64,000 nt of DNA, from the NCBI GenBank assembly GCA_013239625.1, contig MU054132.1:434001-498000 (forward strand), written 5' to 3'. This DNA comes from Lama guanicoe (taxonomy: Eukaryota). The notes beneath the pieces were generated by a model, which saw nothing but the letters and a program-made list of their open reading frames with translations, was not told the DNA's origin and ran no database searches. This document shows, one piece after another, positions 40,135 through 52,408 of this stretch. Within the stretch, counting starts at the first letter, position 1. Each line of letters opens with the position of its first letter. The translations under genes and the position numbers were made by a program.

Positions 40135-42369
40135 AGGGGCTTTTGTTGTCAAAGCACTCCAGCACATTTTTAACACATCCCAAATGAACTGACAGAACAG
40201 ACAGCAGAAAAAGAACTAAAACAAAATTACAAAACAATACTTTATAAGACTGCTTACTTTTCCTAGAAAAGATAAAAACTTAACTCTGATATCGAGTGTT
40301 ACTGAGTTAAACAAGACTTGGAGTACAAAATAATTTACAATGAGTATAATTTTTTATTTTTTATTATATAGAGATCATACTGTGTATTCTGTAATAACAT
40401 TTAACTTTTAAACTATTTTTTCTTTGTTAGCAAGTACAGATAAAATTGTGTAGTACATGCCAACCAAATCTTTTTCCTGATAGCAAGAATAAGAACAAAA
40501 AAGAGAAAGAGACTCTGAGCAAGGTGCCATTTTTATAGCCGGGAGAACAGACAAAAAAGCAGCAGGAGGGGACAAGAAAATACAAAAGCTAAGCTGTAAC
40601 ATATGGAGGCTAGAAGTTAAAGTGCCACCTCACGTAAAGAGAGTTCTAGGAGAGAAGATAATATTTTAAGAAATAATGAAGATGAGTTTTTCTAGAATTA
40701 GGGAAATAAAAAGTCTTCATCTAGGTTTATATGCTCCCCCACCAAATCTCTTATTGGCTCATATAAAGACGTGTAGCAAATGATATCCATACAATTGTGT
40801 ATTACTCAGCTATAAAATGGAATTAACTACGGATGCATCCCACAACACAGATGAAGCCTGAAAACACTATGCTAAATAAAAGTAGCCAGACACAAAAAGC
40901 CACATATTTTATGATTACATTAACTCTCATTATTCATAGATCCTGTATCTGCAAATTCACCAACTCACTAACATTTATTTGTAATCCCAAAATCAGTATG
41001 TGAGAGAAAACTTCAATTCTTTCCCAAAAGATGAGTCAACTGTTGATGTTTTTTGATGTACTTTTCCCAAATAACTAACTGATAATATGATGCAATAACA
41101 TTCTTTCCCAGGATTATCTCAGAATCTTTTCATTTTTCTTTCTCAAAATGCTTCTAGTAGACTACTATCCTAGTATATTTCCTTTCCAACTTCTTCAACG
41201 TCGTTCTTACTGACTTTATGAAATCAATGCTTTTTAATTTCATAACAGATCTGCATTGTATTTGAACTGCACTGCCAATTATTGTAACAGTGAGACTTTG
41301 GTTGAGAAAGATAATCACTCATTAGAAAAGAACCTGTTAATGTTAACTGAGAAGGAATGTTTGAATGAGATTCATTTTTTTAGTGTTCAGTTCATTAATG
41401 GTTTTGTCATAACCTTTATTTCTCTAAGCAATGTTGAAACCGTTTTAAGATACTGAGAATACCATATGTTTGCGCATATGTGTGTACATATATACGAATA
41501 TGTTTATGTATTTAGTTAACATTTTAGAGAGCAGCTTTTCCAAGACAATTGAATGTATTAGAAAAAGATTTCAAAAAACTTCTACCATATTCCCAGGATA
41601 CTCAGCCATTTCTAAAGTTTAAGGCTTAAAAGCAAACATACCAAATTTATCTGAATTTACCGAACACTGAAAATTTAGAAGAGGTAAGAAAGAGAAACAA
41701 AATGATAAAATCTAACCTCATTTGGTTCCCACTGAAACCATATGGCTTACTGACAAACCATCTTGGAAAATATATGGTTAAATCAGTTCTGTTAGTCATT
41801 TAGGCTAAAGATATTAAAACACTTATCTTTGAGTAATAGCAGACTATAAAGAAACCTGATTCACAATTCTACACACTAGTGCAACATATAACTTCAATGT
41901 CTATGGAGTTACACCACTCCAAGTCTAAAAAAAAAAAAATTACTGGGCAAATATATACCCTAGCTCCTTTTCTATCAGTGTAAGTTCTGTGAAACACTTT
42001 CAGTAACAATGGTTCTATAACCATGACTTAAGTTCCCTTAGAGGGAAGAATTATAACTCCATCATCATATCCCAGTAAAGCATTAAGAGTCTACCATTTT
42101 AATCTCACAAACTATATTACAAAAAGTGAGGGTAGGGGTGTCTCTATTAGGTCACAGAAGTCCTGAGATTTGACTGGAAAAAAAACTTAGAAGATAAAAT
42201 CCATGTCTCTCATAACACGAGATGGGCAGAAGAAGGGAGAGTGAGAGGAAAAGGGGGTAGAAATTTTATTTATTCTTTTAAACTCTTCAAGAAACACTCT
42301 TCTACCTTTAGACAGCTGGGCTCCCAGGAAGCAAAAGATAGTAAGATCTAATTTCAGTTCTCAGCCACT

Positions 42370-43090
42370 CAGAAAAATGGGCAAAAGATATGGACACAGT
42401 TCTTAAAATTTTAAATATAAATGTAAATATATTCAATGTTTAATGCATAAGAGAAATGCAAATTAAAGCTACAATAATAATCCATTTTTGTCTATCTGTC
42501 TGGCCAAAATAAAGTTAGACAATATTTGTGCTGGCAAGGATATAGTGAAATAAGCACTCTTATGCATATACATTGCTGATGAGAGTTAAAATGGTACAAC
42601 TATGAAGAACAATTTGGTAATATCTATCAAAATTACAAATAACACAGACTATGACATAAATATACTACTTTCAGTAATTTATCCAACATGTATATTACCA
42701 CACATGTGAATGTGCTCAAAAAGGTACTTGCTGCTAAGCTAAAGAAAGCAATCAACCAAATGGTCAAAAGAGGGGACTGATTAATATGATCGAGAGAGAA
42801 CTGATTAGGGTATATCTATATAATAAAATATTATGCTGCTATGAGAAATAAACTCTTCATAATCTGGTATGAAACAATCTTTACAAAACATTAAAAAGGA
42901 GCTTAACAGTGGTGCCATCTTTATTAAAAAAAGGCAAAATACATACATATAATATGCACAAATTATCTCTGGAAGGCTACACAAGAAAGTAGTTGTATTA
43001 GTTGCCTCCAGGGAACAGGACGTGTGGCAGAGTTAGGAGCAAAATATTCTGCAGTATGCTTTTTGAATTTTGTCATGTGCAGGAATTTTA
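42370..43090 (+). mobile_element. Old L1ME-like 3' region
   Basis: aaaaatgggcaaaagatatg, agagaaatgcaaattaaa, aatggtacaac...caatttggtaatatctatcaaaattacaaat. Confidence 0.7.
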
Positions 43091-45699
43091 GAAATTAAAA
43101 GAAAAGATAACATGCCTCAGAAGCAGCCGTGGACATAGAACCAAAAGACTTTTGTGCATTGTGACTGCATTCAGGATAAACAATGAGGGGGCTATGAGGT
43201 CTCAGGCAAAGGCTTAAGGAACCTGGGGATTTCCAAGGCAACTTCTAAATGTTCCACTTTATCAAGGACTATACCTTAAAAAGCCTTCCTAGTTCACTGC
43301 CATTCAGTTTAAACTTGTCCCTCTAATCTCCTCCTTCTCTTGCCTTACCCTCCTTGACTTTAATTCAAAGAATCTACCTTAGCAACACCCAGTTTTATTC
43401 AACACACACCTAAAATGTGCTGGGATTATGACAGTACTGAAAAACAAGGTGAACAGCTGACAACGTGCCTGCTTTCAAGGCCTCCCTAAGCCCAGCAGTA
43501 AAATATGTGTACAGAAAAATAAAAGTGCTTTCACGCCAGTAAGTAATCACTGAAGAATAATCAAGGTCATGATGATTAAATGTTTTTCAAATTTTATTTA
43601 TTTTCCTCCTTTTTCAGTTTTATTAGGTAGAACAATATTTTTCAAATTTTAGATTTCTGTTTTCTAGGCAAATTAATTCCAAATCTAAGATTTTTCCTTA
43701 CACTTTTCAAATTTACCTCCCTATAATTTTTCTAATTGAAACTTAGAAATCACCACAGCCCCCCCAATGATTTCACTGTAGTTATATATTGCACTAGTCA
43801 ACTGCAGTTAAGATCATCCACAAAACATTTTTTGGACCACAGTTCATTCCTTTTCCAACCCACATTTATACACATTCCTGTTTGAGAAGCTGCTTGTATT
43901 TATGGACCCTTGCCCCAGAAAACCCCAGTTCTGCACAGGATTTTAACGATTCTGAAAATCTGCTGAAGTTCAATCATGGATCACAGATTTATCTCTGCAT
44001 CATTAAGAAAAAAAAGATACTTGCACAAAACACTAAAATGGTAGTTCCTATGATTTAAGAATGAATTTGGAATTACAGTTACTAAAACAGAAACAGATTG
44101 AGAGAAATCTGAAAAGTATTCACCAAAGATACATAATTGCATGAATTATCTAGCAAAGACGTAGCAACCACTATTTGCTGGATCAGAAAAAGGAGTGGAA
44201 AGAAGGTAGGATTTAAATCAGAAGACCTGAATCAATTTTCAGCTATGTCATTTATAGTTAAGTTACAACCTCATGGCCTGTTTGTTTCCATTTTACAGCT
44301 GATAAAAACACCACCACTTACTTTACAGGGTTGTAAAGATTACATGACAGTCGTTCAAATATTTTCTGACTACCTATCAAATAAAATATACATACTATGG
44401 ATTCAAGAAGCAGTGTGGTACCACAGAAAAAGATGGACTTTCTTTACTTCCTCAATGAAATATTTATGAAGTGTCAAACTACATACTATGTTCTCACAGT
44501 GCCCTGGGGAGACTTGAGTGACCAAGACAGTCTCTGCCTTTGCATAATGTACAATTATGAGATGTTATCTGCTATGAATGGAAAAGATGCTATAAGAGCA
44601 CATAGAAAGGGCAGAATACTCTGTCTTCAACGAAGAGGAATGGCTTTCAGGGGAAAGAGACATCTTAACAAAAGAAAGTCTTCAGGAATGAGTAGATGTG
44701 TATATATGTATGTATGTGTGTGTGTATTTATGTGTATATATGAACATTAGTAGCATAGTCCCACTAGTGAGCCAGAAAGGCTTGAGTTAAGGATGAATAA
44801 ATAAGGACCAGGTTATGTCATAGTATGCAAGAAAAGTGGATTTAATTTTAACAGTGTAATGAAGAACCATTTAAAAGTTTTAAATAGGTCTCTGACACGA
44901 ACAAATGTATATTTCCAAAAAGAACACTTGATTACTGAATGTAGCACAGATTACAGGGGGCACACAGTAGTCATTCGCTATTATTAAGTGGCAACTTATT
45001 TTTACAATCATTACTATAAAGATACCGTAGTAAAAGTAACTCTTACTACAACAATTAAGGAATCTTCTCCGCCCTAGAAGATACCATGACCCAGTGAAGG
45101 AAACTAAGTATCTAAGCAAGTTATCTTAGTAATCTGCTAAGACTGCTACCACTGTCTAAAAATACAGAAAAAGAAAAAGCATCACAAAGGATGACCTGCA
45201 ATTCTAAGTCTAAATAAAGGATTTTTAAAAGGAAGGGAGGAGGAGGATATTCCAAGCAAAGAGAACAGTACAAGGACATGGAAAGGTGGATTCCTATAAC
45301 ACCCTGTTGTGACTCATGCATTGAGTGTTTAAGAGAAATCTGGAGGCAAAAAGATTAGATAAACATAGAAGTACCACCCATACCATACCCTAAAGGCTTT
45401 GTTCTTTGAATAATGGGTATCTTGGGGATGCTACTAGAGATTCCTATTGATGATATCTATATTTTTAAAAGATATCACTGGAGCATAATACAGAACAATA
45501 TGAAGGGGGAAAAGAATAGGACAAGAAGGACAAATAGAGGAGGCTGCTGCAATAGTGTAAGTAAGAAATGATAGGAGCCTGAATGTAAAATGGCAAAGAG
45601 GAGATGATGTGAACTATTTAACATACAGGTGAGAGTCACAGAAGGAAACTCAAATGATTCAGAAGAGGGTGTAGTCTCAGAGTAACAGAACAAAAACCA

Positions 45700-47035
45700 A
45701 GAAAAATGATAGAGAAGTCAAGTACAACATGTATATAGACATTCATTCACCTGTATACAGAAATATACATACTTTACAGTCTGTTGACAGCTCCTACAAG
45801 CAATGCCCCAGTAGGAAAGACTTCATCTAGAGCTCAGATCTTGGTTTCTAAATATAATTTCCCACCATAAGGAACCAGAGCTTCGGGGAGAAATGGCTGA
45901 TTCCAGTGCTGGGTAAGGGAAAAGTACAAGATAAGCCTGGAACAGTACGTTGTACCAGGCTAAAAAAAAATAATGAAAACATGTCAAAATCACACAGATA
46001 CAAACATAAAGTGTCTCCCACTGGACAAATAATGTATAATTTAAGCACCAAATAAAGAAATAGAATGGATCATATTTCACTGAATAAAATAAGAATCCAT
46101 GAGTCTAAACTGATATAAATCAATGAATAACTAAATGGGAGAGAATGGGAAGCTCTTGCTTACAAAAGAATGCCAATCAAAAAGTAAAAAGAATAATGGA
46201 TTAGAAAATTACCATTTGGTAACAATCATAGTTGTTAATGACTCAGATCAATTCACTGGATGGATAAATTTCACAAAAAAACAGAAAATTATTTCCAAAG
46301 GTGTTCCTATGTGTAGGGAAAACTACTAACTTTACATTGCGGAAACCTGGCAGACACAACTTTAACTAAGTGATCAAAGTTGACAATGCCAGTAAATGGG
46401 ATAAATCAACATCATATGAAGAACACTACCACAATATTTCTGACAAAAATGTATAATCTGAATCCAAACAAAACTTCAGACAAACTGAAATTAAGAAATA
46501 TCCTAAAAAATTAAAAAATTTTCAAAAATGTGAAGTCTAAAAAAGACAAAGACTGAAACTATTCCACATTAAAGGATACTAAAGAGATACAAGTCAATGT
46601 AATACTTGATCTCTGATTAGATTCTGGATCAGAATTTTTTTTTTCTCTATAGAGGACATTATGTGCACAACTGGCAAAATTTGAATGAGGACTGTGAAAC
46701 AGATAATAGTATTGTGTCACTGTCATTTGCTGATTTTGATAAGTATACTCAAGTCATATAGAAGAATGTCCTTGTTTTTATGAAATATACACTAAATATC
46801 TTAGGGCAGTGGGCATCATATCTGTAACTTAACCTTTAAAAATAAAAAAAATTAAGAGAAAATGATAGTAAATGATAAATTTGGTAAAATGTTAATACTG
46901 GGAAACTGGATGAAGGGTTTAGAGAAACTTTGAGCTGATTTGTCACTAGAATGTGTATTACATGAAGAGTACATAAAGAATAGTATTCTTGCAGTTTTCC
47001 TGTAAGTCTGAAATTCTATCAGAATCAAAAGTTAA
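45700..47035 (+). mobile_element. L1MC-like 3'UTR
   Basis: gagctcagatcttggtttctaaata, ggggagaaatggctgattccag, gaaacctggcagacac; ends tgtaagtctgaaattctatcagaatcaaaagtt. Confidence 0.7.
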
Positions 47036-47451
47036 GAACATTAAGAAGGACAATTTATATAGTTTCATTATGGTTATATATAAAACTAGAACGTACCAAT
47101 TTATCTGTACTTGAAAAGTCTCTTCTTAAGTTTCCAACTAACTTGCTCATGGTCCTGAGGGAAGAACAATATTCCTTAAAGCTGTCTTCTAGTCAGTAAT
47201 TCTATAACATATATATTCCTCCACTTCTCAGACAGCCCTACATCCAAATCACTTAAATTAACTTTCCCTAAACAGAGTCAAGACTTAAAAAAAAAAAAAG
47301 AAAGTAACTTCATGAACTATGGAAACATGATCATTATACCTTTAGGGAAACAATTAAAAGAGTTCATCCAAAAGAATAAAGTGTCAAAATGACAACATTC
47401 AAAATCAGAATGTTCAGAGCTGCCAGATTCTGTAGTTTATTGTTTAATAAC

Positions 47452-47660
47452 ATATTGGCAAACTTTTTCTGTAAAGGACAAGACAGTAAATATTTTAGGT
47501 TCTGTTGGCCATCCAGTCTCTGAACCAACTACTCAACTCTACCAGTGCAGTGAAAAAGCAGTCACAGACAATATGTAAATGAACAAGCTCGGCTGTGTTT
47601 CCTAAAAAATTTCCTTTATAGAAACAGGCAGCAGGGCAGATTGGGCCAGCCATAATTTAG
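47452..47660. mobile_element. MER58A-like hAT transposon
   Basis: ttggcaaactttttctgtaaaggacaagacagtaaatattttagg...aactactcaactct...aaagcagtcacagacaatatgtaaatgaa. Confidence 0.75.
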
Positions 47661-47689
47661 ATGAAAATATCTGATAATTAAAAAATAAA

Positions 47690-47878
47690 AACAACAAAAA
47701 AATAAGAACTCACTGTATAGCACAGGGAACTATATTCCGTTTTTCACAATAACATATAATGAAAAAGAATCTGCAAAATACATATATGTATCTATGTATA
47801 ATGGAATCACTTTGCTGTACACCTGAAACTAACACTGTAAATCAACTATACTTCAATAAAAAAATTAAATTAAAAAAA
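47690..47878 (+). mobile_element. Short L1 3' end (cetartiodactyl type)
   Basis: ctgtatagcacagggaactatattc...gaatcactttgctgtacacctgaaactaacactgtaaatcaactatacttcaataaaaaaa. Confidence 0.8.
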
Positions 47879-48831
47879 TGGACTACTAACAAGTTTTAGA
47901 CCATACTTGCTTTTTATCAAGTGAGATATTTAATTAAAAAAAATTCAATGTAGTAGTACCTAAAATAGTTCTCCACAGGGGCAATCTTGAATTTTAAAGA
48001 AAAGGATAAGTAATAGTGACCCTTATAGATACAGAATAATCTCTATTAAGGATTCTGAAATTTACTACAGAAATCCAGGGGACAATCATTTCATTTAAAA
48101 ATGTTACACGGTAGATTTCACATACAATACTAGTTATGAGCCAAAATTCAAAGCAGTGACTCAAAACTTTTCAGTTGGGTAACTCTCTGTTTTATTTAGA
48201 CCTCCTGTAGAGCTCAATGCTTAACTTTCTAGGAAAATAATGTTTAATTAAAGATAATGTCTTCAGATAAAGATGAAAAAGACAGTAAGAATTGTCCTTA
48301 AGAAAAGTCCAATTTATCACACATACAAAATGTCCCTAAATGATCTAATCCAGGTGAAACTGTAACTACTCAGACTTCATCATCAGAAGAGAGACACATC
48401 CTGTAATCTAAGTGTTTACAAGAGAGGCTCTGGAATCACTAGCCATCACAGTCTATCAGCTGTCTAACTGCAAATGAAACTGCCAAATTCACAGGAACCT
48501 TACCTCTTCTCATGATCCAAATGAATGAAGATTTTCCAGTCATGTTATAATTAATCAACTTATAACCAGCTGTTTTGCTCTGAAGTCTAGGGTATATTTT
48601 CAGCATGAGGGATGATGTACAACAATTCCTTTTGCAAACAGGAATAAATGCACACGTCCCTGCTGAAAATGTAACCCAGGTAATTTCCATATGAAAATGA
48701 ATGTATGCTCACGTGCAACAATGTGCTAATTGATGCTTCTTGTTGAGGTCTACTTAGGTGTCAAAAATGTGTAAGCCTTGTAGAGCCAAGGCAGTGGTCC
48801 TGTGTATAGAGGTATAGAAAAAGTAGCTCAC

Positions 48832-49156
48832 TTAATCCTTTCTCGCCAGGAGTCGGGATTTTCCCAGAACGACATCCATTGTCGGCAATGGACGCACCAA
48901 AATAACGCCGGCGCCAGAGTTAACCACCTCTGTCCTCTTTTCACCTATTATATTTTTCATGCATCATCCAACTTCCCAACCATCTTCCTGTTTCTTCACA
49001 GAATGCACGCTAGGTTCTTGTTTTTCTTCAGCACGGAGTTGAAAATGGAGTTGAGAAAAGGAGACACATGGTCAGCTGGTGATGTTAACAAGCTCCTTGC
49101 TGCCCTGAGAAGCTAGATGGAAATGGTTCAAGTTACAAGGGGGATCATCATCAGAT
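48832..49156 (-). other. Candidate stop-containing (poison/NMD) cassette exon of SETD2, 325 nt; alternative donor at 48504
   Basis: Acceptor ttactctttgtcctcccag|ATC TGA TGA TGA; donors TAA|gtgagc (48832) and GAG|gtaagg (48504); no recognisable repeat; local CpG cluster. Confidence 0.55.
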
Positions 49157-51745
49157 CTGGGAGGACAAAGAGTAATTCATGAAGCTTCATTCCCTTCCCT
49201 CCCACCCTCTTTCATTTACTGATGATCCCTATAGTAGGCCTTTACAGCAAAATTAAGATTAAGAAATCTGAAGCAAACTCTTTCAGTTCTTCACTCCATC
49301 CAGTGTGTAGAAAGGCCAAGTGGAACATGTGTCCAGCAATGTTACAGTGGCCCACGAAGGACAGGGAAGCTTGGAGTGGCTAAAGTACTGCAATCTTAGT
49401 TCAGTGCTTTTTCATATAATCTTGGAATTAACATCAGAAACTAACAGTACTTGGGAACAGGTGCTTAATAAAGGTTGGCTGAATAACACATATCCATTTC
49501 TACCAATATCTACTTGAACACACAGGTGGAAGTCAGACAGAAGTAGTTAACTCTTTCAATGCCGGGATAGTATGGATATATAGTAATCACATCAAGTCAA
49601 GGTGTTTCTCTAAGACATGTTCAAATTATGGGTTCCCTAGCTAAAGTACTTTTTAAAAAGGACAAACATAATCAGTCTTGAAATTAGAACCATGGTAAAT
49701 GTTAATTAGAATGACAGATGAATTAAGAACCCTAGCACAAATGCGTAATAAAACATCACAGTTCAATCAAGTAAAAACATTTCTCAGTAAATGCAATTCT
49801 AGATGGGTAATGATTCCAGAGCAAATTGTAAAATCTAAAGGAGAATTTTATTTAATGACTTCCTTGATGCTTAGAATTAGGATAAATCCAAAGTATGAAA
49901 GTTAAGAAGGATGGATATATTTTAAGTACAAATGAAGTGTTAAACCTCAAGTCAAGAGGATCACCAAGCTACATAGTGCTATACAACCACTTTGATCTTT
50001 CAGGTAGGAATGAAAAGGATAACAGAGAGGGGGAGAAATAATTTTGTAGGACTCAAAAAAATTTATGTCTGGAGTGTGAGTTTAAATTACCAGTTATACT
50101 TAATTGAGTTAAGGATATTCCAGATATATCATTATAATTATAATTTTAAAAACCTACCATATAGAGAAATAAAAATCTTACTTTCCCCAGATTTTAAGAA
50201 GAGACAGGTTTTTGAGAAATTAGGATGACTACCTTTTTTTTTTTTTTTAATTATGTCAACCAGAGCCTTCTCAGGCAAAATGAACTACTAGGTCTACAAC
50301 CCCACTCTCTCTCTAAAACTATGTCTATAAGGACTTTTCTATGTTCACCTGTATGCTTGTCTCCATTTCCACCTTCCTTACTGAGCCAGTCATAGTACAG
50401 GCCCTACTAGCAGTCTCCAAACACAAGGACTTCTTCCAGGGACTCCTGTGCCTTCACAAAGCAGGCTTTAAATAAAGGTTCACACAAGTAACTGTCCCAG
50501 TAGCTCTTTCAATTAATTCAAACTCCAGTTCCTGCGTTCACATGTTATGTCATAAACAGATTAACTATGAATCCTTCCTTTTATATTTATAAAAAGGTCA
50601 GATATCATAAGGCTTAATAAGGCTGAGTTTACGCTGAACTGTGAGCAATCAAAGAGTAGCATGAGTAAGAGCTCAAATGGGTAAACGAGAGCTGAAACCA
50701 CACCATACTTAAAGAAGGGTCTCAAAACAGCAAATTATGAATGCCAAAAATAAGAACAGTGCACAAACAACCAACTACTCATTTTGCTCAGTTTAAGGAC
50801 AGTTCCTTATGGGTCAAATGGTAGTATCTAATGGGCAAGTTTTGTAGTCATAACTGGGAACGGAGAGGATTCAGGTGTTCATCTTGCTGCAAATCTGTAT
50901 AGGTGGTTTATTTGGTTGCTTCACCTCTGGCAGAAGAGAGGAGGAACAGAAAAATAGAAGCTAGGAAGTAACCTGTTCCCACAGGGTCCTCAAGACCGGG
51001 ATCTCAGATCCAGATCACTTATAATCAAAATTTATCACATGTCTCCTAGGCTCACCCTGTTATTAACTCTTGTGTCTATCCAAGACCCAGACTGGGCTCT
51101 CTGCAAAGCAAACCCTGAACATCATGCTACATACTTTAATAAGTGATTATATAAGTATTAGGTGTGAGGGTTCCAGAACTCTCTTTATTTTTCTTTCAGA
51201 TAACACCTTTTGACCAAACAGGCATTTAAAAGCAGGCCTATTTCAGAAACAACGATAATGAATATGAACTAGTTCCATATAAGGTTGTTTTACTAATTTA
51301 TGTTCAATCATTTTTGATGAGAAGCTGCTATATCACCTTGGCTCTACTTAATTTTAAATTAATTTCTCGTTAATCCAATACTAATTTCCAATTATTTTAA
51401 ACATTCTTTTTTCTTACATAGACTCTTTCAATGTAGAATCCCATTTCATATGCAAAGGATTTCTGGTTTTGTTTTTTAATGTAAAGAGCACTTGAATGAC
51501 TGAACTCACTGTTGTGATATGCTCCTGTAAATGAGGAAAAGGGGGACATTTGTGTATCAGTTTGGCTAGTATATCTCTTGCCAAGGATTAAAAGATGTTT
51601 GAAACATTTATAATCAGCTGACAGAGAGATAGTATCTCATTTTTCAAAAATACACATCGGCAGAAAAGTAGGTAACTTAACTTAAGTTTTATGGAACTCT
51701 AAACCTGACTAATTCAGGTTAAAATAAAGAAAAATGTTTTCTTAC

Positions 51746-52408
51746 CTTTAGGTCTTTCCAACTGTCCAGGAGCTTGATGGCCAAATCACTTATATCTACT
51801 GTTTTATCTGGCTGTTCCTGGCTCCTCTCACTCTCCACATCAGATATACCCTCCTCTTCATCTTGGGATGGTGTTTCCTCAGCAATAGGTTCGTCTAGTT
51901 TCGTGCCATTGCTTTCTTTAGGCTCTATTTCAGTGTCAGCCTCTGGTTCAGATGAGGCTAGCTTACTGGCCTCCATAGCAATTTCACTATCAACTTTAGA
52001 TTCAGGTAGTTGTTGTGTGAGTAGCTGCTGTGACTGTAACTCTTCCTCATCTTCTACAGGGATGTTTTCTAACTGGTCAAGGTCCTCCTTGCCATCTTTG
52101 CCTTCTGGCTCACTGGTAGCATCAGAGATCGCACTGTCCATACTATTTTCACTTATAATTTTAAGTCTGCGAAACATTAGCTTCTTGGGGGTGTCTGTGT
52201 CAGCTTCTGTGCTCAGTTTGGTGGAAGGATCAGGTGTGTTGAGTGGTGTGTGAGCACGTGACGTATTCTCACTAGAATACCCATCTCCCTCACTCAGCTG
52301 AGGGACAGCAGTCTTGGTCTGAGACCAACGTTGAATAATAGGAAGTACTTTGCTTTCCTCCAACATATTTTTAGTAGGAATGGGTAAATGTTCCAAAGTC
52401 TTTATAAT
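51746..52408 (-). CDS. SETD2: SETD2 coding exon (exon 12 equivalent, 663 nt); helical region plus acidic low-complexity linker
   Basis: ORF 51719..52420: IIKTLEHLPIPTKNMLEESKVLPIIQRW...LLDSWKDLK; acceptor aatcag|ATT, donor AAG|gtaaga (phase 0). Confidence 0.98.

Noticed and set aside
48802..49116. 104-aa plus-strand ORF over the candidate poison exon, considered as a nested gene or processed pseudogene
   Set aside because: Non-ATG start, no recognisable protein family, and no poly(A) or TSD; the splice signals on the minus strand explain the region better.
51774..52253. 159-aa Ser-rich plus-strand ORF
   Set aside because: Antisense shadow of the acidic 663-nt exon; Glu/Asp codons produce Ser-rich open frames on the opposite strand.
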